DNA from: an uncultured cyanobacterium
Lineage (GTDB): Bacteria; Cyanobacteriota; Cyanobacteriia; PCC-6307; Cyanobiaceae
Direction: 5' to 3'
DNA: 64,000 nucleotides
Assembly: GCA_963765575.1 (NCBI GenBank)
Contig: CAVXWZ010000002.1
Coordinates: 576,001 to 640,000, forward strand
In this document: positions 27,078 to 37,296 of the stretch, piece by piece
Position numbering within the stretch: position 1 is the first letter of the stretch
Layout: every line of letters begins with the position of its first letter
The notes under the pieces: model-generated
Told to the model about the DNA's origin: nothing
What the model saw: the letters and a program-made list of their open reading frames with translations, nothing else
The model's database searches: none
Program-made: the position numbers and the translations under genes

Positions 27078-28202
27078 TCAGAGGGGTGCCGAGGGGTGCT
27101 CCAGCGGCAGCCCCTGGGCCTTCCAAGCCCGCACGCCCCCGCGCATGTTGGCCACCTGGCCGAACCCCCTCTTCAGCAGTTGCTGGGTGGCCAGGGCGGA
27201 ACGGCTGCCGGAATGGCAGAGCACCACTGCGGGGCGGCCATCGGGTATCTCAGCGGCCCGTTGCTCGAGCTCGGGCAGGGGGATCAGCAGGCTGCCCTCG
27301 ATACGCCCATCCGGACCCAGCACCTCCGCCTCCGAGCGCACATCCACCAGGGTGACGGCGTGGCGGTGGGCGGCCACCCAGGGGATCCTCAGCTCCGGCA
27401 GCCCGGCGTAGCTGCGCTCGATCGGCGCCCAGTCGTCGGCAGGCATCTCCCCCTCGTCGCTGGGCCTGCCGCAGCGCAGGTTGGCCGGCAGGGCCACGGC
27501 GATCCGGTTGGGGTGGGGCAGATGCAGGTTCTCCATGTAGCCCACGAAGTCGCGCTCATCGGCGCCGCCCCCGAGCCTGGCGTTGTAGGCCTTCTCCTCG
27601 GCCACCGACGTCAGCGAACGGCCGCTGTAGTCATGGCCCGGATAGAGCAGGCAGTGGTCGGGCAGCGAGAGGATCTGCTCGGTGATCGAGCGGTAGAGGG
27701 TGTGGGCGTTGCCCTCCTGGAAGTCGCAGCGGCCACAGCCCCGCACCAGCAGGGCGTCGCCGGTGCAGGCCATGGTGTGGTCATCGAGCACGAAGGTGAG
27801 ACAGCCGTTGGTGTGCCCGGGGGTGGCGCGCACCTCCAGATGGCGGCTGCCGAAAGCCACCCGCTGGCCATGCTCCAGGGGCAGGGTCACGTTCTCCGCC
27901 CGCGCCACCGCTGCCAGGCCGATGGCGCAACCGGTGGCCCGGTGCATGCGCCAGCTGCCGGTGACATGGTCAGCATGCACATGGGTATCGAGGCAGGCCA
28001 CCAGATCGATGCCCAGCTCGCGGATCAGCGACAGATCGCGGGGGTGCTGGTCGTAGAGCGAATCGATCAGCACCCCCGCCCCGCTGGCCACATCGGCGAG
28101 CAGCAGCGTGAAGGTGCCGGTATCGGCATCGTGGAGCTGCCGGACCAGCAGCGGCCCGCCGCCGGCTGCGGCCTCCAGGGGACAGGGGGCTGAGAGATCC
28201 AT
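27078..28202 (-). CDS. Persulfide dioxygenase (ETHE1-type) fused to rhodanese
   Basis: [31 protein letters not shown]-terminal DVR...CHSGSRS. Confidence 0.92.
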   Translation of the reverse strand: MDLSAPCPLEAAAGGGPLLVRQLHDADTGTFTLLLADVASGAGVLIDSLYDQHPRDLSLIRELGIDLVACLDTHVHADHVTGSWRMHRATGCAIGLAAVARAENVTLPLEHGQRVAFGSRHLEVRATPGHTNGCLTFVLDDHTMACTGDALLVRGCGRCDFQEGNAHTLYRSITEQILSLPDHCLLYPGHDYSGRSLTSVAEEKAYNARLGGGADERDFVGYMENLHLPHPNRIAVALPANLRCGRPSDEGEMPADDWAPIERSYAGLPELRIPWVAAHRHAVTLVDVRSEAEVLGPDGRIEGSLLIPLPELEQRAAEIPDGRPAVVLCHSGSRSALATQQLLKRGFGQVANMRGGVRAWKAQGLPLEHPSAPL

Positions 28203-28239
28203 CGGAGCCGGTGGCAGTGACCGCGATCAGCCTGGCCGA

Positions 28240-28681
28240 TCAAACCGGGCGATCAAGGGGGCGATCAGGGCTGGGCCTGCCGGCGGCGATCACCCCCTGC
28301 AGGTAGGCCCCCAGGAACATGGCGGCCAGACCGATCAGCACCGGCCCGTTGCCGATGCCCACGCTGGCCACCGCCGCCCCTGGGACAGAGGCCGGACAGG
28401 CCCCAGCCCACCCCGAAGATCAGCGCACCGGAGACCGTGCCCGGCAGCATCCGCTTCACCTCGTGGGAGAAGGGCAGCCCCAGCAGGGTTGTGGAGCGCA
28501 GGCGCGGGGCCAGGTGGAAGCCGATGGCCGTGACCGCCAGAGCGGCCGCCATCACCAGCAGCAGGCCGAGGTCGCGCAGCTGCAGGAAGCTCAGCACCAC
28601 CTCCGGCCGGGTCATGCCGCTCCAGGCCAGTCCATAGCCGAACAGCCCACCGCCGAGCAGGATCGCGGCCAGCCGCTTCAT
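28240..28681 (-). CDS. YeeE/YedE family sulfur transporter half-protein (frameshift near 28380)
   Basis: GGGLFGYGL, SGMT.P..V, IFGVGWGLSGLCPG. Confidence 0.85.
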
Positions 28682-29139
28682 GGCGTCACCCCCAACAGGA
28701 GCACGACCCGGGCCGTGACGATCGCCACCCCCATGAACACGGCCACCGCCAGCAGCGAGGCCCGCGAGAACGACGCCAGGCCGCAGATGCCGTGACCGGA
28801 GGTGCAACCTGAGGAGAGCCGGGTGCCGTAGCCCACCAGCAGGCCCCCCACCCCCAGGCGCCACCAGCCCACCGCCGTGACGAAGAAGGCCTGCTGGCTC
28901 CAGGCATAGAGCCAGGCGCCGAACACCAGGCCGAGCGCGAACAACAGCCGCCACTGGCGCGAGGCGCGCTCCGCCGTGAGCGGGGTGAAATAGGTGAGGG
29001 TGGAGCTGAGAAAGGAACTGGCTCCCGCCTTCACCCCGAGGGTGAGGTACATCACCACCAACCCGGCCCCGATGAGCAGCCCACCGCCCAGATAGGACGT
29101 GATGCCATGGGGGAAGGGGAAGCCCGTCGCCGTACTCAT
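28678..29139 (-). CDS. YeeE/YedE family sulfur transporter half-protein
   Basis: GGGLLIG, GLLVGYGTRLSSGCTSGHGICG. Confidence 0.9.
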   Translation of the reverse strand: MSTATGFPFPHGITSYLGGGLLIGAGLVVMYLTLGVKAGASSFLSSTLTYFTPLTAERASRQWRLLFALGLVFGAWLYAWSQQAFFVTAVGWWRLGVGGLLVGYGTRLSSGCTSGHGICGLASFSRASLLAVAVFMGVAIVTARVVLLLGVTP

Positions 29140-29265
29140 TGCGTTCAGCCCGGGGTTCACCGGGAACCTAGCCAGCCGCCGCCGGGCTGCCCACGGCAGT
29201 CATCCGGAGGCAGCTGGCAGGGCACCTAGGGTCAACAGCTGAGCGGGCGCTGCGAGAGCGAAACC

Positions 29266-29766
29266 ATGGCCAAGGGCGGCACCAAGAAGCTGGCCGCCAG
29301 GGCCCAGCGCGACGCGGCCCAGCGGCTGCTGGCCGACAACCGCTTCGCCCGGCACCAGTACGAGATCCTCGACAGCCTCGAATGCGGCATCGAGCTGGTG
29401 GGCACGGAGGTGAAGTCGATCCGGGCGGGGCAGGCCAACCTGCGCGACGGCTTCTGCCTGATCCGCAACGGCCAGTTGCAGCTGCACAACGTGCACATCT
29501 CCCCCCACAGCCACGCCGGCGCCTACTTCAACCACGAGCCCCTGCGGGTGCGGCGGCTGCTGGCCCACAGCCGTGAGATCGACAAGCTGCGCGTGGCCCT
29601 GGAGCAGAAGGGCCTCACCCTGATCCCCCTCAACCTGCACCTCAAGGGCTCCTGGATCAAGGTGACCCTGGGCCTGGGCAAGGGTCGCAAGCTGCACGAC
29701 AAGCGCCAGGAGGAGCGGCGCAAACAGACGGAGAAGGAAACCCGCACCGCCATCGCCCGCTACTAG
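29266..29766 (+). CDS. smpB: SsrA-binding protein
   Basis: [23 protein letters not shown]. Confidence 0.97.
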   Translation: MAKGGTKKLAARAQRDAAQRLLADNRFARHQYEILDSLECGIELVGTEVKSIRAGQANLRDGFCLIRNGQLQLHNVHISPHSHAGAYFNHEPLRVRRLLAHSREIDKLRVALEQKGLTLIPLNLHLKGSWIKVTLGLGKGRKLHDKRQEERRKQTEKETRTAIARY

Positions 29767-31856
29767 GGCTGGGGGTCTTCCGGCGACACCGGAGGGGGCA
29801 CGGGCTCCTCGGTGGCCTCCTCCGGGGCCTCGTCCTCCGGCGCCGGTTCGGGTGGATCGTCCGCCTCGGGTTCGGGCACCGGCGGCGGCGGCTCGGGGGC
29901 AGGGGGATCGCTGCGCACCGAGAGCGTGACCATCCCCGCCGCCACGCCGTCGTTGCTCACCAGCAGCTGCAGCGGCCTGGCGTTCTCCGCGCCCACGCTC
30001 ACCACCCGCAGCGGCCCGCGCGACTCCAGCAGGGTGCCGTCAGCCGCGAACACGCTCATCTCCATCAGCGGCGAGCCGTTCAGCCCCAGCACCACCGAGT
30101 GGCCGGCGGGTGCCTGCACTGGAAACAGCCGCGCGCCGCCGGCGGCCACCGAGGCGCGGCGCACCTCGGTGCGCAGGGGGCGGGCCTGGATCGCCTCGAT
30201 CTGCAGGTTGGAGAGGCCCTGCACGGCGGCGGCGAACCAGAGCTGGCGGAAGGGCTCCGGGGGAATGGCGGTACCGGAGCGGCCGGGCAGGAGGTTCTGG
30301 GCATTGGCCGACACCAGCTGGCGCAGCACCGGGCCGCTGAGCCCCTGGGACTCCAGCTGGCTCTGGCGCCGCTCCCAGTCGGCATTGGTGAAGCGGCCCA
30401 GCCGCTGGCGCAGGGTCAGGGGCAACTGCTCCACCCGGGCCAGCAGCTCCTCCGCCAGCTCGTTCCAGGCCTGGCGCAGGGGTGCATCCTGCGCTGAGTC
30501 GCCGGGCAGACGCCCACCCCGCTCGGGGAAGCGGGCGAGCAGGCTGGCATCCACGAGCTTGAGGAACCAGGCCCGGTTCACCTGCATCGCCCGCAGGCGG
30601 TTGAGCAGCTGCTGGCGCTGGTTCACCTCCTCCTGGGGCAGGCTGCTGGGCAGCTGCAGGGCCACATCGGGGGTGCCCGGATCGGGGCTGGTGCCGCGGC
30701 TCAGCCACCACCAACCCAGGGCGGTGCCCACCACGGCCGACAGCACCAGGGCCATCACCACCGGCCAGACACTGCCTTCGGCTTGCAGCTCCCGTTCCTC
30801 GCCGCGGCGGCGGCTGCCGGAGGAGCGGCGGCGCTCGAGGGAGCGCAGGGGGGGCAGTTCCGGCGGCGGCTCCGCCGCGGGCGGCTCGAAGGGCAGCTGG
30901 GGAGCCGCCCGGGACGGATCGGCGGCGGCCGCGGCGCCGAGGCTCGGCGGCAGGGGCGGCTGGGATGGGAAGGGTCCGACGGCAGGGGCGGCGACGGGCG
31001 GCGCGGGGGGCGGCACCAGGGCCAGGGTGCGGTCGGCCCGGGGCACCGGCCCGGTGCTCTCCGGCATGGGCAGGGTCTGAAGGGCCGCCAGCGCCTGGGA
31101 GGCGGAGCCGAAACGCTGCTGGGGATCGCTGGCCAGCAGCCGCTCCAGGGCAGCCCGCAGCCCAGGCTCATCGCCCAGGGACGCGGGCCAGCGCCAGGCC
31201 ATCGAGGCGGGGTCCAGCAGCCGCTCGGGGGGATCGCCACTGAGCAGCACCAGGGCCGTGACGCCGAGGGCGTGGAGATCCATCCAGGGCTCGGGCCGCT
31301 GGCTGGGGACCAGAGCTGGCGGGGCATAGCCGGGAGTCACGGCCGCGCCACCGGCCACCAGGCCGTAGTCAAGCGGCACCGGCAGCCCGTCGCTGTCCCG
31401 GCGCAGCAGGTTGGCGGGGCAGAGGTCACCGTGCACCAGCTGCTGGCCGTGCAGCACCGCCAGCACCGGCAGGATCTGGCGCAGCAGCAGCAGCACCTCA
31501 CCGGCACCGAAGACCATCTGGCGCTGGCCCCGGGCCGTGAGCAGCTCGGCAAAGGTGCGCCCGGCCTGCCACTCGCGCACCAACCAGAGGCTGCCGCCGT
31601 CGCGGATGGCCCCCCCCAGGCGAGGCACCTGGGGATGGAGCACCCCCTGCAGCCGGGACCAGAGCTCCTGGGCCCGGCCCTGGTCGTGCTCCGGGCCCAG
31701 CTGCCGCAGCACCACCGGCGCGTCGCTGGCGAGCTGGTCACAGCCGCGCCACACAGTCCCCTGGGACCCATCCCCCAGCTGCTGCTGCAGCCGATAGCGA
31801 TCACCGATCAGCTCGCTCGGCCGGCTGGCACCTGCCTGCTCAGAATCAGATGTCAT
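29763..31856 (-). CDS. Ser/Thr protein kinase-like membrane protein
   Basis: [27 protein letters not shown], Pro-rich linker, TM. Confidence 0.85.
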   Translation of the reverse strand: MTSDSEQAGASRPSELIGDRYRLQQQLGDGSQGTVWRGCDQLASDAPVVLRQLGPEHDQGRAQELWSRLQGVLHPQVPRLGGAIRDGGSLWLVREWQAGRTFAELLTARGQRQMVFGAGEVLLLLRQILPVLAVLHGQQLVHGDLCPANLLRRDSDGLPVPLDYGLVAGGAAVTPGYAPPALVPSQRPEPWMDLHALGVTALVLLSGDPPERLLDPASMAWRWPASLGDEPGLRAALERLLASDPQQRFGSASQALAALQTLPMPESTGPVPRADRTLALVPPPAPPVAAPAVGPFPSQPPLPPSLGAAAAADPSRAAPQLPFEPPAAEPPPELPPLRSLERRRSSGSRRRGEERELQAEGSVWPVVMALVLSAVVGTALGWWWLSRGTSPDPGTPDVALQLPSSLPQEEVNQRQQLLNRLRAMQVNRAWFLKLVDASLLARFPERGGRLPGDSAQDAPLRQAWNELAEELLARVEQLPLTLRQRLGRFTNADWERRQSQLESQGLSGPVLRQLVSANAQNLLPGRSGTAIPPEPFRQLWFAAAVQGLSNLQIEAIQARPLRTEVRRASVAAGGARLFPVQAPAGHSVVLGLNGSPLMEMSVFAADGTLLESRGPLRVVSVGAENARPLQLLVSNDGVAAGMVTLSVRSDPPAPEPPPPVPEPEADDPPEPAPEDEAPEEATEEPVPPPVSPEDPQP

Positions 31857-32857
31857 CAGCCGGCGGCCACCGCTGCGCGCTCAGGTTGCCGCAGTCCGCG
31901 GCTCGCCAGCCAGGCGCGGTCGTAAAGCCGGGACCGGTAGCGATCGCCGCTGTCACAGAGCACGGTGACGATCGTGTGACCCGGTCCCAGCCGCCGCGCC
32001 GTCTCCACCGCCGCGGCCACGTTGATGCCCACCGAGCCGCCCATGAACAGGCCCTCGCGCCAGAGCAGCTGATAGATCGTGTCGAGGGCGGCCTGGTCGG
32101 CGACGCGCACGGCATCGTCGATCGGTGCGCCCTCAAGGTTGGCGGTGATGCGGCTGTTGCCGATGCCCTCGGTCACCGAGTTGCCCTCGCTGGCCAGGTC
32201 GCCAGTCTGCGCCCAGCTGTAGAGAGCACTGCCGTGGGGGTCGGCGAGCACGCAGCGCACCCGCGGGTCGCGCTCCTTGAGAAACAGCGCCACGCCGGCG
32301 TAGGTGCCGCCGGTGCCGGTGGCCGCCACCCAGGCGTCCACCCGGCCGCCGGTCTGTTCCCAGATCTCCGGCCCGGTGCTGCCGTAGTGGGCGCGGCGAT
32401 TGGCCAGGTTGTCGAACTGGTTGGCCCAGACGGCGCCGGGGGTCTCGGCGGCGATGCGACCCGAGAGCCTCACGTAGTTGTTGGGGTCGCGGTAGGGCAC
32501 GGCGGGCACCGTGCGCACCTCCGCCCCGAGGCTGCGCAGCAGGCCGATCTTTTCCGCCGACTGGGTGTCGGGGATGACGATCAGGGCGCGGTAGCCGCGG
32601 GCGTTGCAGAGGTGGGTGAGGCCGATGCCGGTGTTGCCGGCGGTGCCCTCCACCACGGTGCCGCCGGGCCGCAACAGACCGTCCCGTTCCGCCTCCAGCA
32701 GGATGCCGAGGGCCGCCCGGTCCTTGACCGAGCCACCGGGATTCATGAATTCGGCCTTGCCGAGGATCTCGCAGCCGGTGAGCTCAGACAGGAGCCGCAG
32801 GCGGATCAGCGGTGTACGGCCCACCGCGCCGTCAAACCCCTTGCTGATCCCATCCAT
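31856..32857 (-). CDS. cysK: Cysteine synthase family protein
   Basis: KAEFMNPGGSVKDR, EGTAGNTGIG, GTGGT, CDSGDRY. Confidence 0.9.
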   Translation of the reverse strand: MDGISKGFDGAVGRTPLIRLRLLSELTGCEILGKAEFMNPGGSVKDRAALGILLEAERDGLLRPGGTVVEGTAGNTGIGLTHLCNARGYRALIVIPDTQSAEKIGLLRSLGAEVRTVPAVPYRDPNNYVRLSGRIAAETPGAVWANQFDNLANRRAHYGSTGPEIWEQTGGRVDAWVAATGTGGTYAGVALFLKERDPRVRCVLADPHGSALYSWAQTGDLASEGNSVTEGIGNSRITANLEGAPIDDAVRVADQAALDTIYQLLWREGLFMGGSVGINVAAAVETARRLGPGHTIVTVLCDSGDRYRSRLYDRAWLASRGLRQPERAAVAAG

Positions 32858-32924
32858 CGTGCCTCGGCCGCGTGGCGGGATCGTAGGCAAGCTCCCTATG
32901 GTCGGGCCTGAGCCCGGCGATGCC

Positions 32925-34343
32925 ATGAGCAGCGGCCTGCTGAACGGGACCGACCTGGGCGACGCGACTCCCCGCCAAGCCAGGCCCCCACACGCGGCTG
33001 ACGCGCCTGCCCCCGCCGGCCCCTTGGCCCCCCCTGCCAGCCTGGCGGCGCGCCTGGCCAGCGTGCGCGGCCACAGCCTGGCGCTGATCGCCCCCCTCGA
33101 ACCCGAGGATCTCTGCCTGCAGGGCATGGCCGACGCCAGCCCGCCGAAGTGGCACCTGGGCCACACCACCTGGTTCTTCGAGCAATTTGTGCTCAAGCCC
33201 CAGCTGCAGGCGGGGCTGCCCCTGGCCTACAAGCCCGCTCCCGAAGCCTGGGGGTATCTGTTCAACAGCTATTACGACGCCGTTGGGGAACGCCACCCCC
33301 GCCCCCAGCGGGGTCTGCTGAGCCGGCCGCCGATCGCCGAGCTGCTGGCCTGGCGCCGGCGGGTGGATGCCGCCCTGGTGCGGCTGCAGGAGCTGCTGGA
33401 GCAGGTCCCCCCCGCCCGGGCCGCGGCAGTTCGGGCCCTGCTGGAGCTGGGCCTGCAACACGAGCAGCAGCACCAGGAACTGCTGCTGATGGACCTGCTG
33501 GATGGCTTCAGCCGCAACCCCCTGGCCCCGGCCTACGACTGCCGCGCTGAGGGCCCTGGCGCCGAGGGCCCCGAGGCGCTCTGGCTACGGCGGCTCAGCG
33601 GCGGCGACCCCGTCAGCGCTCCAGGCAGCGATCACCACACCCAGGCCAGTGCCTGGCTGGACTGGGACGGGGGCCTGGTGGCGATTGGTCACCCGGCCGG
33701 CGGCGGCTTCCACTTCGACAACGAGGAGCCCAGCCACCGCCACTGGCTGGAGCCCTTCCGCCTGGCCCGGGGGCTGGTGAGCAACGGCGACTACGCCGCC
33801 TTCATCGCCGACGGCGGCTACGGCCGGCCGGAGCTGTGGATGAGCGAGGGCTGGGCCGTGTGCCAGGAGCGGGGCTGGCGGGCGCCGCGCTACTGGCGTG
33901 GACAGGACGAATTCACCCTGGCGGGCCTGCGGCCCCGGCAGCCCAAGGCACCGGTGCGGCATCTGAGCTGGTTCGAGGCCGACGCCTATGCCCGCTGGGC
34001 CGGAGCCCGGCTCCCCAGCGAGGCCGAATGGGAGCTGGCGGCGGGCCTGCAGGCAGCCGCCGGCGGCCTGCCCCAGGCGTTCGGGCTGGTGTGGCAGTGG
34101 ACCGGCAGCCCCTACCGTCCCTACCCCGGCTTCCAACCGGCCGCCGGCGCCGTGGGGGAATACAACGGCAAGTTCATGAGCTCCCAGTTCGTGCTGCGCG
34201 GCAGCGCCTTCCTCACCCCGCCGGGCCACGCGCGCCACACCTACCGCAATTTCTTTCCGCCCGCCTGCCGCTGGATGGCGGCCGGGCTGCGGCTGGCCCG
34301 GGACGGCCAGCCCCCGCTCAGCGATCCGTTCTCCCTGCCATGA
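32925..34343 (+). CDS. egtB: Ergothioneine biosynthesis sulfoxide synthase
   Basis: DinB domain KWHLGH...HEQQH, FNSYY, RPQRG; FGE-like domain GEYNGKFM. Confidence 0.93.
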   Translation: MSSGLLNGTDLGDATPRQARPPHAADAPAPAGPLAPPASLAARLASVRGHSLALIAPLEPEDLCLQGMADASPPKWHLGHTTWFFEQFVLKPQLQAGLPLAYKPAPEAWGYLFNSYYDAVGERHPRPQRGLLSRPPIAELLAWRRRVDAALVRLQELLEQVPPARAAAVRALLELGLQHEQQHQELLLMDLLDGFSRNPLAPAYDCRAEGPGAEGPEALWLRRLSGGDPVSAPGSDHHTQASAWLDWDGGLVAIGHPAGGGFHFDNEEPSHRHWLEPFRLARGLVSNGDYAAFIADGGYGRPELWMSEGWAVCQERGWRAPRYWRGQDEFTLAGLRPRQPKAPVRHLSWFEADAYARWAGARLPSEAEWELAAGLQAAAGGLPQAFGLVWQWTGSPYRPYPGFQPAAGAVGEYNGKFMSSQFVLRGSAFLTPPGHARHTYRNFFPPACRWMAAGLRLARDGQPPLSDPFSLP

Positions 34344-35323
34344 ACCTCACCGCCCACCGTCCCCGGCTGATCGACCTGCATCCGGCCCCAGCCGACATCC
34401 GCGCCCTGGTGCGGGCCGGCATGGAGCAACGGCCGCGGCAGCTGCCCGCCTGGCTGCTCTACGACGCCGAGGGGTCGCGGCTGTTCGAGGCGATCTGCGA
34501 GCAGCCCGAGTACAGCCTCACCCGCACGGAGGTGGCCCTGCTGGAGGGGCAGGGGGAGGCGATCGCGGCGGCCATCGGCGAGCCGGCCCCGGTGGTGCTG
34601 GAATTCGGCGCCGGCAATGCCCGCAAGGCCGGCCCCCTGCTGCGGGCCCTGCAGCCGAGCGCCTACCTGGCCCTGGACATCAGCCGCAGCGCCCTGGAGG
34701 CCACCTGCGCGGCGCTGCAGGCCAGCCATCCCGCCACCCGGGTGCTGGGGGTGTGCTGCGATTACAACGCCCAGCCGGCGCTGCCGGAGCTCGCCGAGCT
34801 GGCGGGTCGCCGCCGCCTGGGGTTCTACCCCGGCAGCTCGCTGGGCAACTTCGACCCCGCCGAGGCCCGCGCGATGCTGGGACAATTCCGGCGCCTGCTG
34901 GGGCCCGGCGGGCTGCTGCTGATCGGCATCGACCAGCCCAAGGCCGTGCAGCGCCTGGAGGCCGCCTACAACGACGCCGCCGGCGCCTCGGCGGCCTTCG
35001 CCCGCAATCTCCTGGTGCGCCTCAATCGCGATCTGGAGGGCGACTTCGACCCGGCCGGCTTCCGCTACCGGGCCCGCTGGCAGCCCCAGCACAGCCGCAT
35101 CGTCATGGCCCTGGTGAGCGAGCGGCCCCAGACGGTGCGGCTGGCGGGGGGCCACTGGACCTTCGCCGCCGGCGAGGAGCTGATCACCGAAGTGAGCATC
35201 AAGTACACACCGGAGGCTTTTCTGCAGCTGGCCGGGGCGGCCGGCTGGCAGCCCCACCAGCGCTGGAGCGACCCGGCCGGCGATCTGTCCCTGCATCTCC
35301 TGGGCCAGGCAGACTCCACCTGA
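34340..35323 (+). CDS. egtD: L-histidine N-alpha-methyltransferase
   Basis: YDAEGSRLFEAIC, EFGAG, PGSSLGNF, AYND, TEVSIKY; ATGA overlap with egtB. Confidence 0.93.
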   Translation: MNLTAHRPRLIDLHPAPADIRALVRAGMEQRPRQLPAWLLYDAEGSRLFEAICEQPEYSLTRTEVALLEGQGEAIAAAIGEPAPVVLEFGAGNARKAGPLLRALQPSAYLALDISRSALEATCAALQASHPATRVLGVCCDYNAQPALPELAELAGRRRLGFYPGSSLGNFDPAEARAMLGQFRRLLGPGGLLLIGIDQPKAVQRLEAAYNDAAGASAAFARNLLVRLNRDLEGDFDPAGFRYRARWQPQHSRIVMALVSERPQTVRLAGGHWTFAAGEELITEVSIKYTPEAFLQLAGAAGWQPHQRWSDPAGDLSLHLLGQADST

Positions 35324-35341
35324 GCTCTGCCGATCGCCACC

Positions 35342-35578
35342 ATGTCCAGGGAAGCCCAGCGCCAGGCCGTGCGCGCCCTGCGCGAAGGCCTGATCAGCGA
35401 ACTGGAGGATCTCTATGCCGCCAGCTTCGAAAAACTGGCCGGCCAGGACCTGGGGGAGGGCGGCATCGCCCGCCTCACCCAGCTGCTGCTGCGCTCACGC
35501 GAGGCCGCAATCACCCCCCTGCAGCAGGAGATCGAGGCGCCGCTGATCACCAGCGCCCCGGCACATCCCGAGCCATGA
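35342..35578 (+). CDS. Hercynine metabolism small protein (TIGR04374-like)
   Basis: 78 aa, EGGIARLTQLLLRSRE, directly after egtD. Confidence 0.75.
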   Translation: MSREAQRQAVRALREGLISELEDLYAASFEKLAGQDLGEGGIARLTQLLLRSREAAITPLQQEIEAPLITSAPAHPEP

Positions 35579-36093
35579 CCGCCAGTGACTGGTTCAGCCG
35601 GCTGGAGCAACAGCTCGAGCAGCAGCTGGAGTCGTTCCTGCGCGCCAACCCCGAGCAGGAGCAGCTGCTGCACCAGCAGGAGCACAAGGAACGGCAGCAG
35701 CGTCTGCGCCGCCGCCGCCTCGAGCTGCAGACCAGCGCCGAGCAGAGCCGGGCAGAACTGCTGCAGCTGGCCGGCGAGATCGGCGAGTGGCAGCGGCGGG
35801 TGGAGCGGGCCCGCGCCGCCGGCGCCGACGCGCTGGCGGCGCGGGCCGAGCTGCACGTGGCCAAACTGAGCGCCCGCGGCCGCGACCGCTGGCAGGCCCT
35901 GGCCGAACTGGGCGTGGCCTTCCGCCAGCTGGAGGCCGACCTGAGCGCCCCGGCGGAGCCTGGGAACGCGGCCGGCGCCGATGCCGGGGCCGCGAACGGT
36001 GCGCCGGCCGATCCCAGGGTCGATCTGGATCAGGCCTGGGCCGACTTCGAAGACCAGCAGGAACTGGAGCGGCTGCGCCGCAACCAGGGCTGA
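35575..36093 (+). CDS. Hercynine metabolism protein (TIGR04375-like), coiled coil
   Basis: FLRANPEQ, WQRRVERARAAGA..LA.RAE; ATGA overlap. Confidence 0.75.
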   Translation: MTASDWFSRLEQQLEQQLESFLRANPEQEQLLHQQEHKERQQRLRRRRLELQTSAEQSRAELLQLAGEIGEWQRRVERARAAGADALAARAELHVAKLSARGRDRWQALAELGVAFRQLEADLSAPAEPGNAAGADAGAANGAPADPRVDLDQAWADFEDQQELERLRRNQG

Positions 36094-36124
36094 GCCCGCC
36101 CACGCCACCGCCAGCCGCTCACCG

Positions 36125-36934
36125 ATGGGTTTCCTGCTCTCCAAACTGCTGCCGCTGCTGCTCTATCCCCTGGGGCTCGGCCTGGGACTGGGACTGGCGG
36201 GACTGCTGGGCCGGCGCCGCCGCTGGGGGCCGTGGCTGGGCGGCGCCGGCCTGGGGCTGATCTGGCTGTTCGCCCTGCCGCTCACCAGCCGGCAGCTGAT
36301 CTGGGGGCTGGAGGAGCGCGCCCTGGCCCTCACACCGGCGGAGATTCCCGTGGCTGACGCGGTGGTGGTGCTGGGGGGCGGGCTGCGGCCGCCGCTGCCG
36401 CCGCGCCGCGCGGTGGAGGTGGCCGAAGGCGGCGACCGGCTGCTCACCGGCCTGCGACTGCTGCGCCAGCAGCGGGCCCCGCTGCTGGTGACCAGCGGCG
36501 GCTGGGTGAGCTTCACCAGCGGCGATCCGGGTCTGCCGGAGGCCATCTGGGCCCGGGATCTGGCCGAGGAGCTGGGGGTGCCCCCCGAGCGCATCCTGCT
36601 CAACCCGGGCTCACGGAACACCGCCGAGGAGGCCCGCGACATCGGTGCCCTGGGCCGGCGGCGCAACTGGCGGCGCATCCTGCTGGTCACCAGCGCCTAC
36701 CACCTGCCCCGCTCGCTGGAGAGCTTTCAGCGGCACAGCGGCCTGGAGGTGATTCCGGTGGCCTGCGACTTCCAGCTGCCGGACCGCAACCGTTTCGGCG
36801 ATCCCACCGCGGCCAGCCTGGCCCAGGATCTGCTGCCCAGCGCCCAGGCCCTCGAGCTGAGCAGCGTGGCAATCAAGGAGCACCTGGGCACGATCACCTA
36901 CACGCTCCGCGACCGGCTGCCAGGCGGGAGCTGA
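36125..36934 (+). CDS. YdcF/DUF218 family protein
   Basis: VVLGGG, SGG, SRNTAEEA, LVTSAYHLPR. Confidence 0.9.
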   Translation: MGFLLSKLLPLLLYPLGLGLGLGLAGLLGRRRRWGPWLGGAGLGLIWLFALPLTSRQLIWGLEERALALTPAEIPVADAVVVLGGGLRPPLPPRRAVEVAEGGDRLLTGLRLLRQQRAPLLVTSGGWVSFTSGDPGLPEAIWARDLAEELGVPPERILLNPGSRNTAEEARDIGALGRRRNWRRILLVTSAYHLPRSLESFQRHSGLEVIPVACDFQLPDRNRFGDPTAASLAQDLLPSAQALELSSVAIKEHLGTITYTLRDRLPGGS

Positions 36935-36969
36935 GTGCCGTTCAGGGCTGCTGAGTGCCGTTCAGGGCT
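36930..36969. repeat. Perfect 20-bp tandem duplication GCTGAGTGCCGTTCAGGGCT
   Basis: Read directly from the sequence. Confidence 0.9.
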
Positions 36970-37225
36970 TCGGGGCCGGCGGCACCAGGCTGACGCCCTC
37001 GGGTGGCGGGGTGGGATCGGGATCGGCGATCAGCATGTGCTGCAGCACGATCTCCGGCCGCTCACTGTCCCGCCAGCGGATGCGGTAAGCCGGCATCTTC
37101 GTGCCCCGGCTCGTGGTCTGCTCCACGGGCTCCATCACCCAGCCGCGACGCGAGCGGCCCTGGGGGTTGCGCTTCACGACCGCATCCGCATGTTGGAAGC
37201 GAAAACCAACGCGCTCGCCACTCAT
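36962..37225 (-). CDS. Conserved cyanobacterial hypothetical protein
   Basis: 87 aa MSGERVGFRF...YRIRWRDSERPE downstream of lysS. Confidence 0.75.
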   Translation of the reverse strand: MSGERVGFRFQHADAVVKRNPQGRSRRGWVMEPVEQTTSRGTKMPAYRIRWRDSERPEIVLQHMLIADPDPTPPPEGVSLVPPAPKP

Positions 37226-37296
37226 GAAATCGTTGCCCCTGCTGGGGAGATCGGCTACCTGAGCAATTATCCCATTGCGCCCTCTCGGGCCTCGCT

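Noticed and set aside
28224..28267. Four CGATCA units at 12-13 bp spacing
   Set aside because: Short and degenerate, partly coding; not a CRISPR array or a supportable operator.
32925..34343. Selenoneine synthase SenA
   Set aside because: No senB or selD neighbours; coupling to egtD fits ergothioneine.
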